DNA of 64,000 nucleotides from Candidatus Bathyarchaeota archaeon (GTDB lineage: Archaea > Thermoproteota > Bathyarchaeia > Bathyarchaeales > Bathycorpusculaceae): the NCBI GenBank assembly GCA_963768425.1, contig CAVYHV010000006.1:224001-288000 (forward strand), read 5' to 3'. Position 1 is the first letter of the stretch, and each line of letters starts with the position of its first letter. Of the stretch, positions 1-9,695 are shown piece by piece. The position numbers and the translations under genes are program-made. The notes under the pieces were generated by a model. The model was not told where the DNA came from. It saw only the letters and a program-made list of their open reading frames with translations, and did not search any database.

Positions 1-257
1 AAATTTGCCTAACATTGAACTAAATCCAGATAGCGTCTTTTAGGACGGATTCCCCTTGGAGCTGCCTTTTCGTGTAAGTTGTGGTTGTTCTTCTACAATC
101 ACATAGATTATTTAGTTATCAGCAGTGAACTTTAATATTGAAAGTCAAATCCATAAGGAAGAATTACTTGAATAAGGTAATCTAATTTAGTATAAGCTTT
201 AATATACGGTGCATTGTATTGAAGAACGGTCGAAAGAGGAGTAACCCGTTGTCAGTT

Positions 258-534
258 ATGGCAGTTAGACCTAGAGTGACTTTAAGCCCTCAGTGCACTT
301 TATGAACGGCGTGAACAATTACAGGCAGACTATAAGTGGTTACTTGAACAAAAAAGCGTTTTGTCACATGACCCCAAGTTTCTCAACAAATTCGTAGCTG
401 TAAAAGATAAGAAAGTCGTATTTTTTGAGAAAGACCCTGATTGTTTAAAAAGAAAAATCAGAGCAACAAAGGAAAGCCCTGACACTTACGTGGTTGACTA
501 CATTAGCCAACAATCCACTTGTTTCCTTCTTTAA
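258..534 (+). pseudogene. DUF5678-like small protein, frameshifted near 295 (not in ORF track)
   Basis: ATG at 258 closes early; the shifted frame reads ALYERREQLQADYKWLLEQ...KFLNKFVAVKDKKVVFFEKDPDCL...TYVVDYISQQSTCFLL*, resembling DUF5678; directly upstream of an aspartyl protease. Confidence 0.55.
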
Positions 535-551
535 AAGAGGCAATTGATTAA

Positions 552-1022
552 TTGCCTTTGATTGCGGATATTGTAACTCTTCAAGATGAATTAACGAATA
601 GTGTTTTCACTTATGCAACTATTGCAGGTTCAATTAGTCATCCAAAAGAGATTAGAAAACAACAAGTTATACCTTTTATTGTCGATTCAGGAGCTACTAC
701 AACTACATTAGCGCCTTATTATACCAAGGCGATAGGCATCGATTGGGAGGAACTGCCTCAGGCTCAAAGTCCTTGCACAATTGCTAACGGACGCAAATTT
801 TATGCGAGGGTTCTTGATTATCCCAAGATAAAATTCAACGTCAAGGATGAAGATAAAAAGAAACAAGAAACTTTCAGCCCTCAACGCATTCTGGTTGTGC
901 CATACTCTAAAAAGAAAAAGAAAATTAAACCAACACCCAATCTTTTAGGCATGGATATCTTGAGCAATTTTAGCAACTGGGAATGGAATCACGCTAATGG
1001 AAAATTGTATTTAAGACCTTAA
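552..1022 (+). CDS. Clan AA retropepsin-like aspartyl protease
   Basis: FIVDSGATTT catalytic motif and C-terminal NLLGMDIL motif. Confidence 0.85.
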   Translation: MPLIADIVTLQDELTNSVFTYATIAGSISHPKEIRKQQVIPFIVDSGATTTTLAPYYTKAIGIDWEELPQAQSPCTIANGRKFYARVLDYPKIKFNVKDEDKKKQETFSPQRILVVPYSKKKKKIKPTPNLLGMDILSNFSNWEWNHANGKLYLRP

Positions 1023-1259
1023 CCTAACAGACGATTTTTGACAGAGAACCGCCAGACGGAGACTTTTCAGAGCTCTATTGTTCCCGTGAAATTTAACTTA
1101 TTCCGTTGTGCTTGGGACTATCACATCTCAGCTATTTAATGAAGCCAGAATTTGTGAGGATTCGAAGCAACATCAGAGCTAAGCAGATTATTGTCAAGTT
1201 AACCTTGAAATTTATTAGGAAAACAATTATTAATCATTAGCTACTAATTAGTGATAGTA

Positions 1260-2039
1260 ATGGCTGATAAGCTTGACATGCTTGAAGGGGACATTGTTTC
1301 TCTTCTGCGAAAGCATGAACCTAACATGCTCCGCTGGAACGAAATAGTAGAAAACCTCTGGCAAACATATCAGTATCGATACAAAGACAGAAAGGGGTTC
1401 GGAGTAGCAGTCAACGGCAAGCTGAAGCTTCTTGTTGCGAAAAAGACGAGTTGACCACAAAGAGATCTTTTATGGGATGCCTAACTCGTTGACGCCTGAT
1501 GAGTTATCTTCGATGGAGAACACCAAGAAAACCCAAGCTGAAGTAGACGCCGTTAAAGTGGCGCTTGAAGGGCTTCAGCATGATTTCAGGTATTTCAAAG
1601 AGCCAACTATAGTTGACATATCTTTGAGGGCTGGTAAGCCTCCGACAGTCGTGGAGCCTATCCTCTACAGGCTGGCCAAAGATACAGGATGGAAACCGCA
1701 GGAAAACCCGGAAAAGAGGCAAAAGACGCTATTAACTTGGCAGGGTGGATTTGCTGGAAACAAAAAGGCGAACAAGACCCAATTGCAAAAGAGCTGGCGA
1801 CTGAAGCGATAAACAACGCATCTTCGGACGTTAGAAGGAGAGCCGAAACGATTCTAAAATTGTTTCCAGATTTGGTTCCAGCTGCCAATAGGAGGGTGCT
1901 GCAGTGGCCGCTGGAAACGCAGAGGTGTTGGCGACGGCTTTTTGACAGCGAGCCGCCTGGGCCTCCAAATTGGGGTGTAGGCGCAATTATGGGAGATAGC
2001 GATGAGACCTTAAATTCGCTTTTTAGACGCCGCTTCTAA
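1260..2039 (+). pseudogene. Hypothetical protein (possible winged-helix, mobile-element-like) split over three overlapping ORFs
   Basis: ORFs 1251-1454, 1432-1812 and 1689-2039 join via shifts at an A-run (~1443) and ~1710. Confidence 0.5.
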
Positions 2040-2221
2040 AAAAACAAACCTCAAAAAGCAACCCCGACCTGCGCGCTTTTTCAACATGCGTTTGGTTCAA
2101 ACCTGACCCGCTTCAACATCGAAATAGTTCAATTTGCTCAACCCCTCAAAGCCGTTTTCACGAGTTTTTTCTAATTTCAAGCCCAAATCAACCCCAATTG
2201 CACCGAAAATAAAGCAACTTT

Positions 2222-2239
2222 TTGAACCTGCAGGTTCAA
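2222..2239. repeat. Perfect 18-bp palindrome TTGAACCTGCAGGTTCAA
   Basis: Self-complementary; intergenic, upstream of the helicase. Confidence 0.8.
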
Positions 2240-2346
2240 TTCAGCAAAAACCTCTAATCCTACCCCGAACGCCTGCTTAAGTTGCAAAACGTTAAATTGA
2301 TTTTTGAATAATACATTATGTACCCTTTCAGTCTTGGCGATATTGG

Positions 2347-5319
2347 ATGACTGATCTTTTCGATAACTTGAACCCTCAACAGCAGGAAGCTGTCAAAGAA
2401 ATTGAGAAACCCCTCCTCATAATTGCGGGTGCTGGTTCAGGCAAAACTCTGACAGTGGCAAGCAAAATCGCCTATCTGATCGAACAGGGCGTGAAGCCAG
2501 AGAACATTTTGGCGTTAGCTTTTAACCAGAAAGCCGCCGAAGAGCTGAAAGAAAGAGTTATCGGTATGCTGGAGAATTCAGAGGATTTGAGCATATCGAC
2601 TTTTCACTCGTTTTGCAACCAAGTCATACAGGATAATCTTTTAAACACCAAACTTAACGCTAACTATAGGGTTATTACTGATACGGCTCAGCTGGTTTAT
2701 TTTACCAAGAACATTAACAGGTTTGGCATCGAGTTTTTGGAGTTTAATCATGAGCCCTACACATTAGCGGAAGAAGTTAAGAAGTTCATTTCCAGATGCA
2801 AAGATGAAGCTATAACTGCGGATGACCTGGAGAAATGGGTTGCAACGCAAGAGAAAAAATCTCTTGACGAAGAAGAGCAAATTTCGCTAAATAACCTCAA
2901 AGATATTCTAAAGATTTACCGGTCCTACGAAGATTACAAAGTAAAAAATAACATGCTTGATTTCGGCGACATGCTCTGCACAGTATACAACCTGCTCAAG
3001 AATAACCCTTTGATTCTAAAGCGTTACCAAGACAGCTTCCAATACGTTATCGTTGATGAATTCCAAGACACTAACTACATTCAACTGCAGATTGTCCATT
3101 TGATAGCTAAAAAGACATGGCCACATAACAGTTGTAGGAGATGATGACCAAAGCATCTACCGATTCCGAGGCGCCTACCTAACCAACATAGCGGAATTCA
3201 AACAAATGTTCCCAAACTACATAGAAAAAGCCTTGGAACATAACTACAGAAGCACCAAAAAAATCGTCGCTGTAGCAAACAAACTGATCGAGAACAGTCC
3301 AGAGCGGACAATAAAGAAGCTGTTCACAAACAACCCTGAAGGAGAAAAAGTCGCGGTCGTTGAGACTCCAACGGATAATTCGCAGGCAAACTATGTCCTT
3401 GAAACAATCAAAGAACAATTAAAATCACATCCCCATAAGGATATAGCGGTGCTGTGCAGGCGAAGAGCAAGCGCTGAACCAATAATCAAAGCCCTCAGAA
3501 AACAAGCCATACCCTTCAACTTTGTAGGCGAGACGGGCTTTTTCCAAGAACCCATAATCAAAGACGTTACAGCTTATCTAAAAGTTGCAAGCAACCCGCT
3601 GGAAAGCAATGCGGAACTTGTTAGGATCATGCACCGCTACAACATTAGCCCTGTTGACATCTCCAAATTCAACTCATATGCAGGCCACAAAGACATCTCG
3701 TTATACGAAGCCTTTGACCACCTTAACGAATTAGAAGTTGATAAATTCAAGTTCCTTGCACTAAAGCAAGTCCTAAAGGAGATATTGAAAAATAAGAAGA
3801 GGCTGCGAACTCTCGACCTCATCCATAACCTCCTTTTTGAGCTCGAATTCTACAAATACGAGATAGCGCTCCAAAACCACCGAAACATTCAGCTCCTAAA
3901 CCAGTTCTATGCGTTCGCTGAAGAATTTGACAGTCTCTACCCTGATAATGACATCGATGACTTCACAGATTACTTGTCTTATGCCTCAAACTTTGAAATC
4001 GAAGAGAGAAACACAGACGAACAAGCTATTATCATCTCGACTATTCATGGCGTCAAAGGCATGCAGTACCCAGTCGTGATAATTCCAGACTTGGTTGAAC
4101 GCAAACTTCCAACAATCTACCAAAAAGACAAATTCCCAATCCCCCAAGAGCTGCTCAAGGGCGTAAAATCAAAATTTGACGAGAAGGAGCTGCACCTCCA
4201 AGAGGAACGGCGACTCTTCTATGTAGCCATAACCCGAGCTAAAGACAAACTATTCATAACTTACGCTAAGCGGTATGGCGAGAACAAAACAGACTCCAAA
4301 CCATCCAAATTCCTAAACGAAATAGATTACACCCAAAACGAAAACATCAATTTCCAACAAGCTGACCCGCCAGAGCTAGTCAGTGGAGTGCGTAACAAAA
4401 GAAAACCAAACCCAAACAACACTACTGAAACAAACTAATGTCATCCATTAAAGCAGAAAACTACCGCAGACGCAATAGAAAACATTCTATTAATTGCTAA
4501 ATGCCAAAACAGAGACCGAGACATCAAAGAAATAATCGCACAAATCAAAGAACCCGACTACAGCACACTTGAGCAAGGCTGCGAAGAAAAACCAGTCACC
4601 ATCTCTGACGACCACCTTTTCAGTGTTTCACAATTTATCTCCTACAAAAAATGCCCAAGACTCTACCAATACCGCTATTTGATGAAGATTCCAGAGAAGC
4701 CCCGCTACTACTTTGACTTCGGCGCCTCCATCCACAACATCGTAGAACAGCTCACTAAGCTGCTAAAAGAGGGCAAACCCATAAACCAAGACGTTGCCTA
4801 TGAGCTTCTCCAGAAATACTGGGACCCCAAAGGCTACAAATCGCGAATCGATGAAAAGAGAGACTATAAAGAAGCTAAGGCGATTCTCAAAGTCTTTCTG
4901 GATGAGCAAGCTAAGAGCAAGTCGGAGATAGTTGATATTGAGCGATGGTTTGAAACCACAATTAGTAATGTGCGGTGAAAGGGCGAATTGACCGCATAGA
5001 CAAAGAACGGCTCCGATTATCACAGTTATTGACTATAAAACAAGCAAAAAAGCCCCTTCTTTAAATGAACTCAAAAAGGACATGCAACTGCTGGTTTACG
5101 CGCTTGCAGTTAATGAGGTGTATGGCAGCAAACCATTGGTCGGCGACTGGTTTTTGCGATCCAACGAAAAAGTGTTCTTTAAACCGGAAGACCAAGCCAT
5201 TGATGCACTAAAAACAGAAATCGCAGACATAGCAGGCGAAAATCAAAGCTGGATAGTTTGAGCCTAAAAAGAGCTGGGAATGTAACTACTGTGACTACGG
5301 CTGCCTCTGCGACACATAA
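2347..5319 (+). pseudogene. UvrD/PcrA-family SF1 helicase fused to a C-terminal PD-(D/E)XK (Cas4/AddB-like Fe-S) nuclease; multiply frameshifted
   Basis: AGAGSGKT, VDEFQD, VGDDDQSIYRFRGA (across a shift), EERRLFYVAITRA, then CPRLY, GRIDRID, VIDYKT and CNYCDYGCLC; at least 5 shifts and an in-frame TAG near 5254. Confidence 0.85.
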
Positions 5320-5388
5320 GCTGAAAAAATCTGATTTTTCTGACAGCGCTAATTTTCGTATTACCGTTAGAGCAAATGCTGTAATTGG

Positions 5389-5589
5389 CTACCTTAGTCC
5401 TTGGTCGTCGTCCCAGAGGTCGTCTCCGCCGTAGTCGGATTCCAGTGTTGCTCCAGAGCTAGAGTATGTTGTATCTCTCATGGCGCCGCACAGCTTGCAT
5501 ATGTCAGTGTCTTCATCGTTTTCGTGTCCACAGTTTAAGCACTCCCAAGTCTCCTTTTTCTTCGTTGGATCTTGTTCACTAAGAGGCAT
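5389..5589 (-). CDS. RanBP2/NZF-type zinc-finger microprotein with acidic tail
   Basis: W-x-C-x2-C-x3-N-x6-C-x2-C (WECLNCGHENDEDTDICKLC). Confidence 0.75.
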   Translation of the reverse strand: MPLSEQDPTKKKETWECLNCGHENDEDTDICKLCGAMRDTTYSSSGATLESDYGGDDLWDDDQGLR

Positions 5590-5925
5590 AAAAATGACTT
5601 TAGCAACTATTTGCTTAAAAGCTTAAAAAACAATGGACTTTAATGAGCTAGCTCAGCAAACTCTGTCTAACACAGAAAATTACGAGTTGCCAAAAAAAGA
5701 ACAGAGAGAGTCGTTAAGTACTTTCTGCAGATACCCAGGCTAAGTACAAATCTGTGTTTTTGGTTCGTTTTGCTTTATGTATTCTGTTTAATTGCGGCAG
5801 CATTCCGAACAAAGAAACAAACTGCGAGTAATCACTAAATCATTCATTTGTTTGATTCTAAAGGAGTGGAAAAGCATTAAGGCTGTTGAAGCATTGCGCC
5901 GTCAGCCTCAGGAGAGTAAGTTGTG

Positions 5926-6282
5926 TTAGGAGATTACGCGAAGTCTTCTTTTGGTGATTATTACGAGGTTGTTTTGAGTTTTGTTGAGGTCAATTCTACT
6001 TTGAGCGGTGTTAAGTGCTTGAATAATGCTTTGGCTGGTTCCTTCTTTCGTTTTTACGAGAATGACCGCAAGTTTGCGTCTATAAAGAGCATGATATAGC
6101 TTGGCAAAATCCGCGTCTTGGGTTAGAACTGTCATGCCATTTTTCACCGCGAATTCTGCTATCTTCTTATCCGCCGCGCCTCTAAGGTTGACGTCAGCTA
6201 AAATAACTGTTACGAAGCCTTTCTGTTTTAGCCAATCCCTGACGCGTATTGGTATGTTTTGATCGATCAAAATCGGCGCCAA
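5926..6282 (-). CDS. DUF5615 family PIN-like toxin
   Basis: ILIDQNIP...GAADKKI...VLTQDADF; follows a DUF433 gene. Confidence 0.85.
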   Translation of the reverse strand: MAPILIDQNIPIRVRDWLKQKGFVTVILADVNLRGAADKKIAEFAVKNGMTVLTQDADFAKLYHALYRRKLAVILVKTKEGTSQSIIQALNTAQSRIDLNKTQNNLVIITKRRLRVIS

Positions 6283-6299
6283 AGAATGTTCCTCTGCTC

Positions 6300-6527
6300 T
6301 TACACAGGAATGATTTCTTCACGATCAAGGCATTTAGATGCGTACAACAGCGCCGCTTTTATGTCCTCTTTCTTTAGATCGGGATAGTCCTCTAATATCT
6401 CAGTTTCCGTGGCCCCGTTTGCTAAGAGTTGAATAATAAGATTCACTGTGATACGAGTACCTTTGATGACTGGCTTGCCAACCATTATTTCAGGGTCTAT
6501 AATGATCCTGTCCATCAACTCTTCCAT
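6300..6527 (-). CDS. DUF433 antitoxin
   Basis: IIIDPEIMVGKPVIKGTRITV...ILEDYPDLKKEDIKAALLYA. Confidence 0.92.
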   Translation of the reverse strand: MEELMDRIIIDPEIMVGKPVIKGTRITVNLIIQLLANGATETEILEDYPDLKKEDIKAALLYASKCLDREEIIPV

Positions 6528-6651
6528 TCAAATCACTTTGTTCTTATGAACGATATCAGCGAATATCTTATCGGATGGGTAGTATATGAGGATATACACG
6601 CATGCTTAGGTTTTTCGAATTAAAAGAGTGTTGGTTACGAGCCTATTTCCA

Positions 6652-6832
6652 AGGTTTGTGTGCTGGAACAACCACCCTAATCTCGTTTTTTCTACAACCA
6701 AACAAAGAATTATATTTCTCTTTTTCAGAAAGGCGCATCACAATATGACTACCTTTTGGTTGTTAACAACATAGTCTATATTTGTCAGAGCTTGACTACC
6801 TTTTCATAGTCTACCGGAGTTAATTTAGACAC
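6652..6832 (-). pseudogene. hicA: HicA toxin, frameshifted and truncated (copy 1)
   Basis: GTG start overlapping the hicB stop; KGSHIV motif across shifts; truncated at 6652 relative to copy 2. Confidence 0.7.
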
Positions 6833-7028
6833 TGACTTGCACCGATTCGATGGGTACTGGATCGCCATGTTCCTTTAGAGCTTCAAGATATGCTTGGATT
6901 GCTTCTTTGACGTTTTTCATTAGTTCTTCTCTTGTTCTGCCTTCTGTGGCACAGCCTGGTAAATCAGGAACTTTTGCGACAAGAACGCCATCTTCGTCCT
7001 TTTCGATAATTACCCTGTACTGAAGCAT
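6825..7028 (-). CDS. hicB: HicB antitoxin (copy 1)
   Basis: YRVIIEKDEDG..VAKVPDLPGCATEGRTREE. Confidence 0.92.
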   Translation of the reverse strand: MLQYRVIIEKDEDGVLVAKVPDLPGCATEGRTREELMKNVKEAIQAYLEALKEHGDPVPIESVQVSV

Positions 7029-7154
7029 ATGTTTTCATGCGTCTTGAAAATTCTTAAGCCTTCGCTTTCTAAAACCCAATTCTTCCCTTTGAAAAACGTT
7101 GTTAAACTTTAGCAAACACTTGCATCGCTCAACGCCTGTGGAGCCTTCAGATTC

Positions 7155-7293
7155 AGCCAATCCCTGACGCGTATTGGTATGTTTTGATCGATCAAAATCG
7201 GCGCCAAAGAATGTTCCTCTGCTTTTACACAGGAATGATTTCTTCACGATCAAGGCATCTTGATGCGTATAACAGTGCCGCTTTTATATCCTC
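7155..7293 (-). repeat. 139-bp duplicate of 6230-6368 (DUF433 C-terminus / DUF5615 N-terminus junction)
   Basis: Near-identical sequence, includes the palindrome TTTTGATCGATCAAAA. Confidence 0.9.
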
Positions 7294-7381
7294 ACCGCGA
7301 CTTTTAACAAAAGCGGAAGACTGGGCAAACACTGCTCCTCGATAAAACAAAAGAAAAAATGGAGGATGTTTGCTTGCGGAA

Positions 7382-8377
7382 TTATGGATATTCACGAGAC
7401 CACGTGTCTGAGAAACTGGTTTTGTCATAAGATATTCTTGATGGTGTAGCTGTTGCTGCACTGGTTACCATGGTTATCGATTGAATCGCTGAATCGAAAG
7501 AACCGAGCGGCCTGGAAATCCCATTTATTGTAGCGTAACACGTTCCCCAAATACCCGTAGAATCGTAGCCATAGTTCACTTTGTGGAAGTTCGCAAGTGG
7601 CAGAAATGTCATGACGTCGTCACTTATGGTTGCTGGCCTCTCCACAATCCATTCAGCCGAAGACCTCTGAGCGTCCGGAACAGATTCAGAAGTAGAAAAA
7701 CTCCAACCCTGCGTTTTCTCCCAAATGGTCACCGTGAATTCAAAGCTCAGCGAACAAGCCTTGCCTGGGTCAGTGAATGCATTGCTTGAGCTGGTCAATG
7801 CCATGTTTGGGCTGATGAATGTGTTAATTGGACTGACGACTGCGCTGATTGGGCTGCCGAATGTGTTGCTTGGGCTGCCGAATGTGCTGACGCTTACGGG
7901 TCCGTATGTTACGGATGCAAAAATAGTGTCGCCGGGATTTACTGGAGCTGGAGCGCCTGTGCTTGTGACTAGCTCGTACGCTGGACCTGGATAGAACTCA
8001 AACCAAGCGAGATATACTGTGGATCTGCCAGTGGATTCAGCCAAGGTTCCTATTTGCTCTACAGTAGTAGAACTCGTTTTAACACCGTCCATACCTACCC
8101 AATTGGCCTCGTAATATGCTGTTGATGACCAAGGTTCAGGGGAAGTAGTAAAGGGGACTATCCATGACCCACAGGCAGAAGTCACCGAGCCTGTTCGATC
8201 TGTTACGGCGTATCCGCTCCAATTTTGGCTTGTGCTGGAAGCAGGGTTGCCATTGATGCTTGCTACACCAATTGCTGGTGCTGTTGTTGGGCTTGCAAGG
8301 GCTATTGCTGGACTGATTGCTGCTAAAAGCATAAGGGCGCCAACGAGAAATACAGATAGTTTAGTTGATGTTTTCAT
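7382..8377 (-). CDS. Secreted G1 (eqolisin-type) glutamic peptidase
   Basis: Signal peptide; SQNWSGY, WVGMDG, VEQIGT, AWFEFYP and SAEWIVERP motifs. Confidence 0.88.
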   Translation of the reverse strand: MKTSTKLSVFLVGALMLLAAISPAIALASPTTAPAIGVASINGNPASSTSQNWSGYAVTDRTGSVTSACGSWIVPFTTSPEPWSSTAYYEANWVGMDGVKTSSTTVEQIGTLAESTGRSTVYLAWFEFYPGPAYELVTSTGAPAPVNPGDTIFASVTYGPVSVSTFGSPSNTFGSPISAVVSPINTFISPNMALTSSSNAFTDPGKACSLSFEFTVTIWEKTQGWSFSTSESVPDAQRSSAEWIVERPATISDDVMTFLPLANFHKVNYGYDSTGIWGTCYATINGISRPLGSFDSAIQSITMVTSAATATPSRISYDKTSFSDTWSREYP

Positions 8378-8629
8378 AAGAATTCACCTTTTTTTGCTTA
8401 AAATTACACTATAAATCTAATCGGCTGACTAGATATAAAACTTTTGACAAGTCGGCGCTTTATTCTTACATTGGATCTATAGCCATTGCAGCACACGAAA
8501 CCGTTTTGTCCAACTCGTTAAGATCAGCTATAATGCTTTTTAGAGCGTTGCAACTTTTGCGTTGATTTTTGGAGACCCAACTGGGAGGTTCAAGTAAATC
8601 GTGGTATTGACGCTGAGTATTCTAGGCAG

Positions 8630-8710
8630 TTAGTTATTGATCAAGATTGCTGGTTGACAATCACTAAATTGGTTTTGGGACTTAAGTGAACTTTCATCAG
8701 CTACGTCATT
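8630..8710 (+). repeat. ~80-bp imperfect direct repeat, left copy (right copy 9611-9695)
   Basis: Shared core GATT(G/A)CTGGTTGACAATCACT plus similar flanks (TTAG..TTATT.ATCAA; TAAGT.AAC). Confidence 0.7.
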
Positions 8711-8810
8711 GGCCAGCAGGATTCGTACATTAACTAATTGAATAAGTTTTACGTTAATAGTAACATGTTTTTTATAATACGATTGATATATACAATATCG
8801 GTAATACTGA

Positions 8811-9041
8811 ATGGTCGTGCAAGAAACTGTCTGCGCTAAAGTTCCTGCTGAACTCAAGAAAAAGCTAGCAAACTTAGGCGTAAACGTAAGCGAGCTAATC
8901 CGAGAATCCCTACAATCTGAAGTTGACCGCTTAGAAAGAGAGCGCCTGAAAAAACTTGCCAATGAAGTATCCGTCATTCTTAAGAAAATTCCGCCGGAAG
9001 AATTTGTTGAATCAGTCAGGGCTACTAGGGAAAACTTATGA
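8811..9041 (+). CDS. vapB: VapB/CcdA-like ribbon-helix-helix antitoxin
   Basis: TVCAKVPAELKKKL..LGVNVSELIRESL; overlaps the PIN toxin start. Confidence 0.85.
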   Translation: MVVQETVCAKVPAELKKKLANLGVNVSELIRESLQSEVDRLERERLKKLANEVSVILKKIPPEEFVESVRATRENL

Positions 9042-9469
9042 CAAAGCCACAATTGCTGTTTGACGCTAACGCCATTTTTAGACTCATCAGAGAATACCCA
9101 GACGATGCCCCGGATAAGTTGAGTGATGGCTCAACAATTTATTTAGCATACTACGAGCTGGGTAACGCGTTGTGGAGAGAATGCTTTTTGCTTAAGAGAA
9201 TAAGCTTAGAAGAAGCTGAAAGGTCACTGGATTTGATGTATACGATTCTTGCGCGAATGCAGGTATCCTCACTTGATAATGAACGGGGTAGCGCAGCTTT
9301 GAACATAGCCTGCAAACTTAACCTAACATTTTACGATTCAACCTATCTTGCAGAATCAAAGAAATCGAACAAAATCCTAGTCACCGACGACAAAAAACTT
9401 GCAAAAGCAGCAGAGACATTTGGAATAAAAACTATCTCAAGCATCGCGTCAGAGGAAAATCATGCCTGA
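9038..9469 (+). CDS. vapC: VapC PIN-domain toxin
   Basis: LLFDANA, YELGNALW, LTFYDSTYL, LVTDDKKL. Confidence 0.9.
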   Translation: MTKPQLLFDANAIFRLIREYPDDAPDKLSDGSTIYLAYYELGNALWRECFLLKRISLEEAERSLDLMYTILARMQVSSLDNERGSAALNIACKLNLTFYDSTYLAESKKSNKILVTDDKKLAKAAETFGIKTISSIASEENHA

Positions 9470-9548
9470 CACCAACCAAAGTTAGCAAAAAAATAGAACG
9501 GTTCCTCTTCTCAACGTGATCGGTTTACTGGCAGCCTCCTGGCTTTCA

Positions 9549-9614
9549 TTGAAAGAATTCAAAGGGATAGAAATCCTAACAGTTGAGGAAACGCTAAACG
9601 TTCTGAATAGTTAG
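9549..9614 (+). pseudogene. C-terminal relic of another PIN toxin
   Basis: LKEFKGIEILTVEETLNVLNS*, typical PIN-toxin C-terminus, no N-terminal part. Confidence 0.5.
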
Positions 9615-9695
9615 CGTTATTCATCAAAATTGATTACTGGTTGACAATCACTTTCTCGTTATTACGGCATAAGTAAACGTACAGATGCTGATTCA
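9611..9695 (+). repeat. ~80-bp imperfect direct repeat, right copy
   Basis: Matches 8630-8710. Confidence 0.7.

Larger units (their letters stand above)
6652..7139. repeat. ~490-bp near-identical direct repeat (copy 1; copy 2 at 15523-16011) carrying hicB, partial hicA and upstream region
   Basis: Direct comparison of the two segments; only scattered substitutions and one indel. Confidence 0.95.

Noticed and set aside
5254-5256. Pyrrolysine or stop-codon recoding at the in-frame TAG
   Set aside because: Surrounded by frameshifts, and TAG ends many intact genes in the window.
5745-5800. Possible minus-strand module C box
   Set aside because: Similarity limited to low-complexity AAACGAACCAAAAACAC, with no 10-bp array.
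7035-7461. ORFs 7035-7253 and 7225-7461 as genes
   Set aside because: Chance read-through across the duplicated TA fragment and the peptidase 3' end.
8630-9052. 140-aa minus-strand ORF and similar antisense ORFs throughout the window
   Set aside because: Shadows of well-supported genes on the opposite strand; no motifs.
5926-9695. Canonical integron cassette array
   Set aside because: No IntI gene, mixed gene orientations and no recognisable attC R-boxes.
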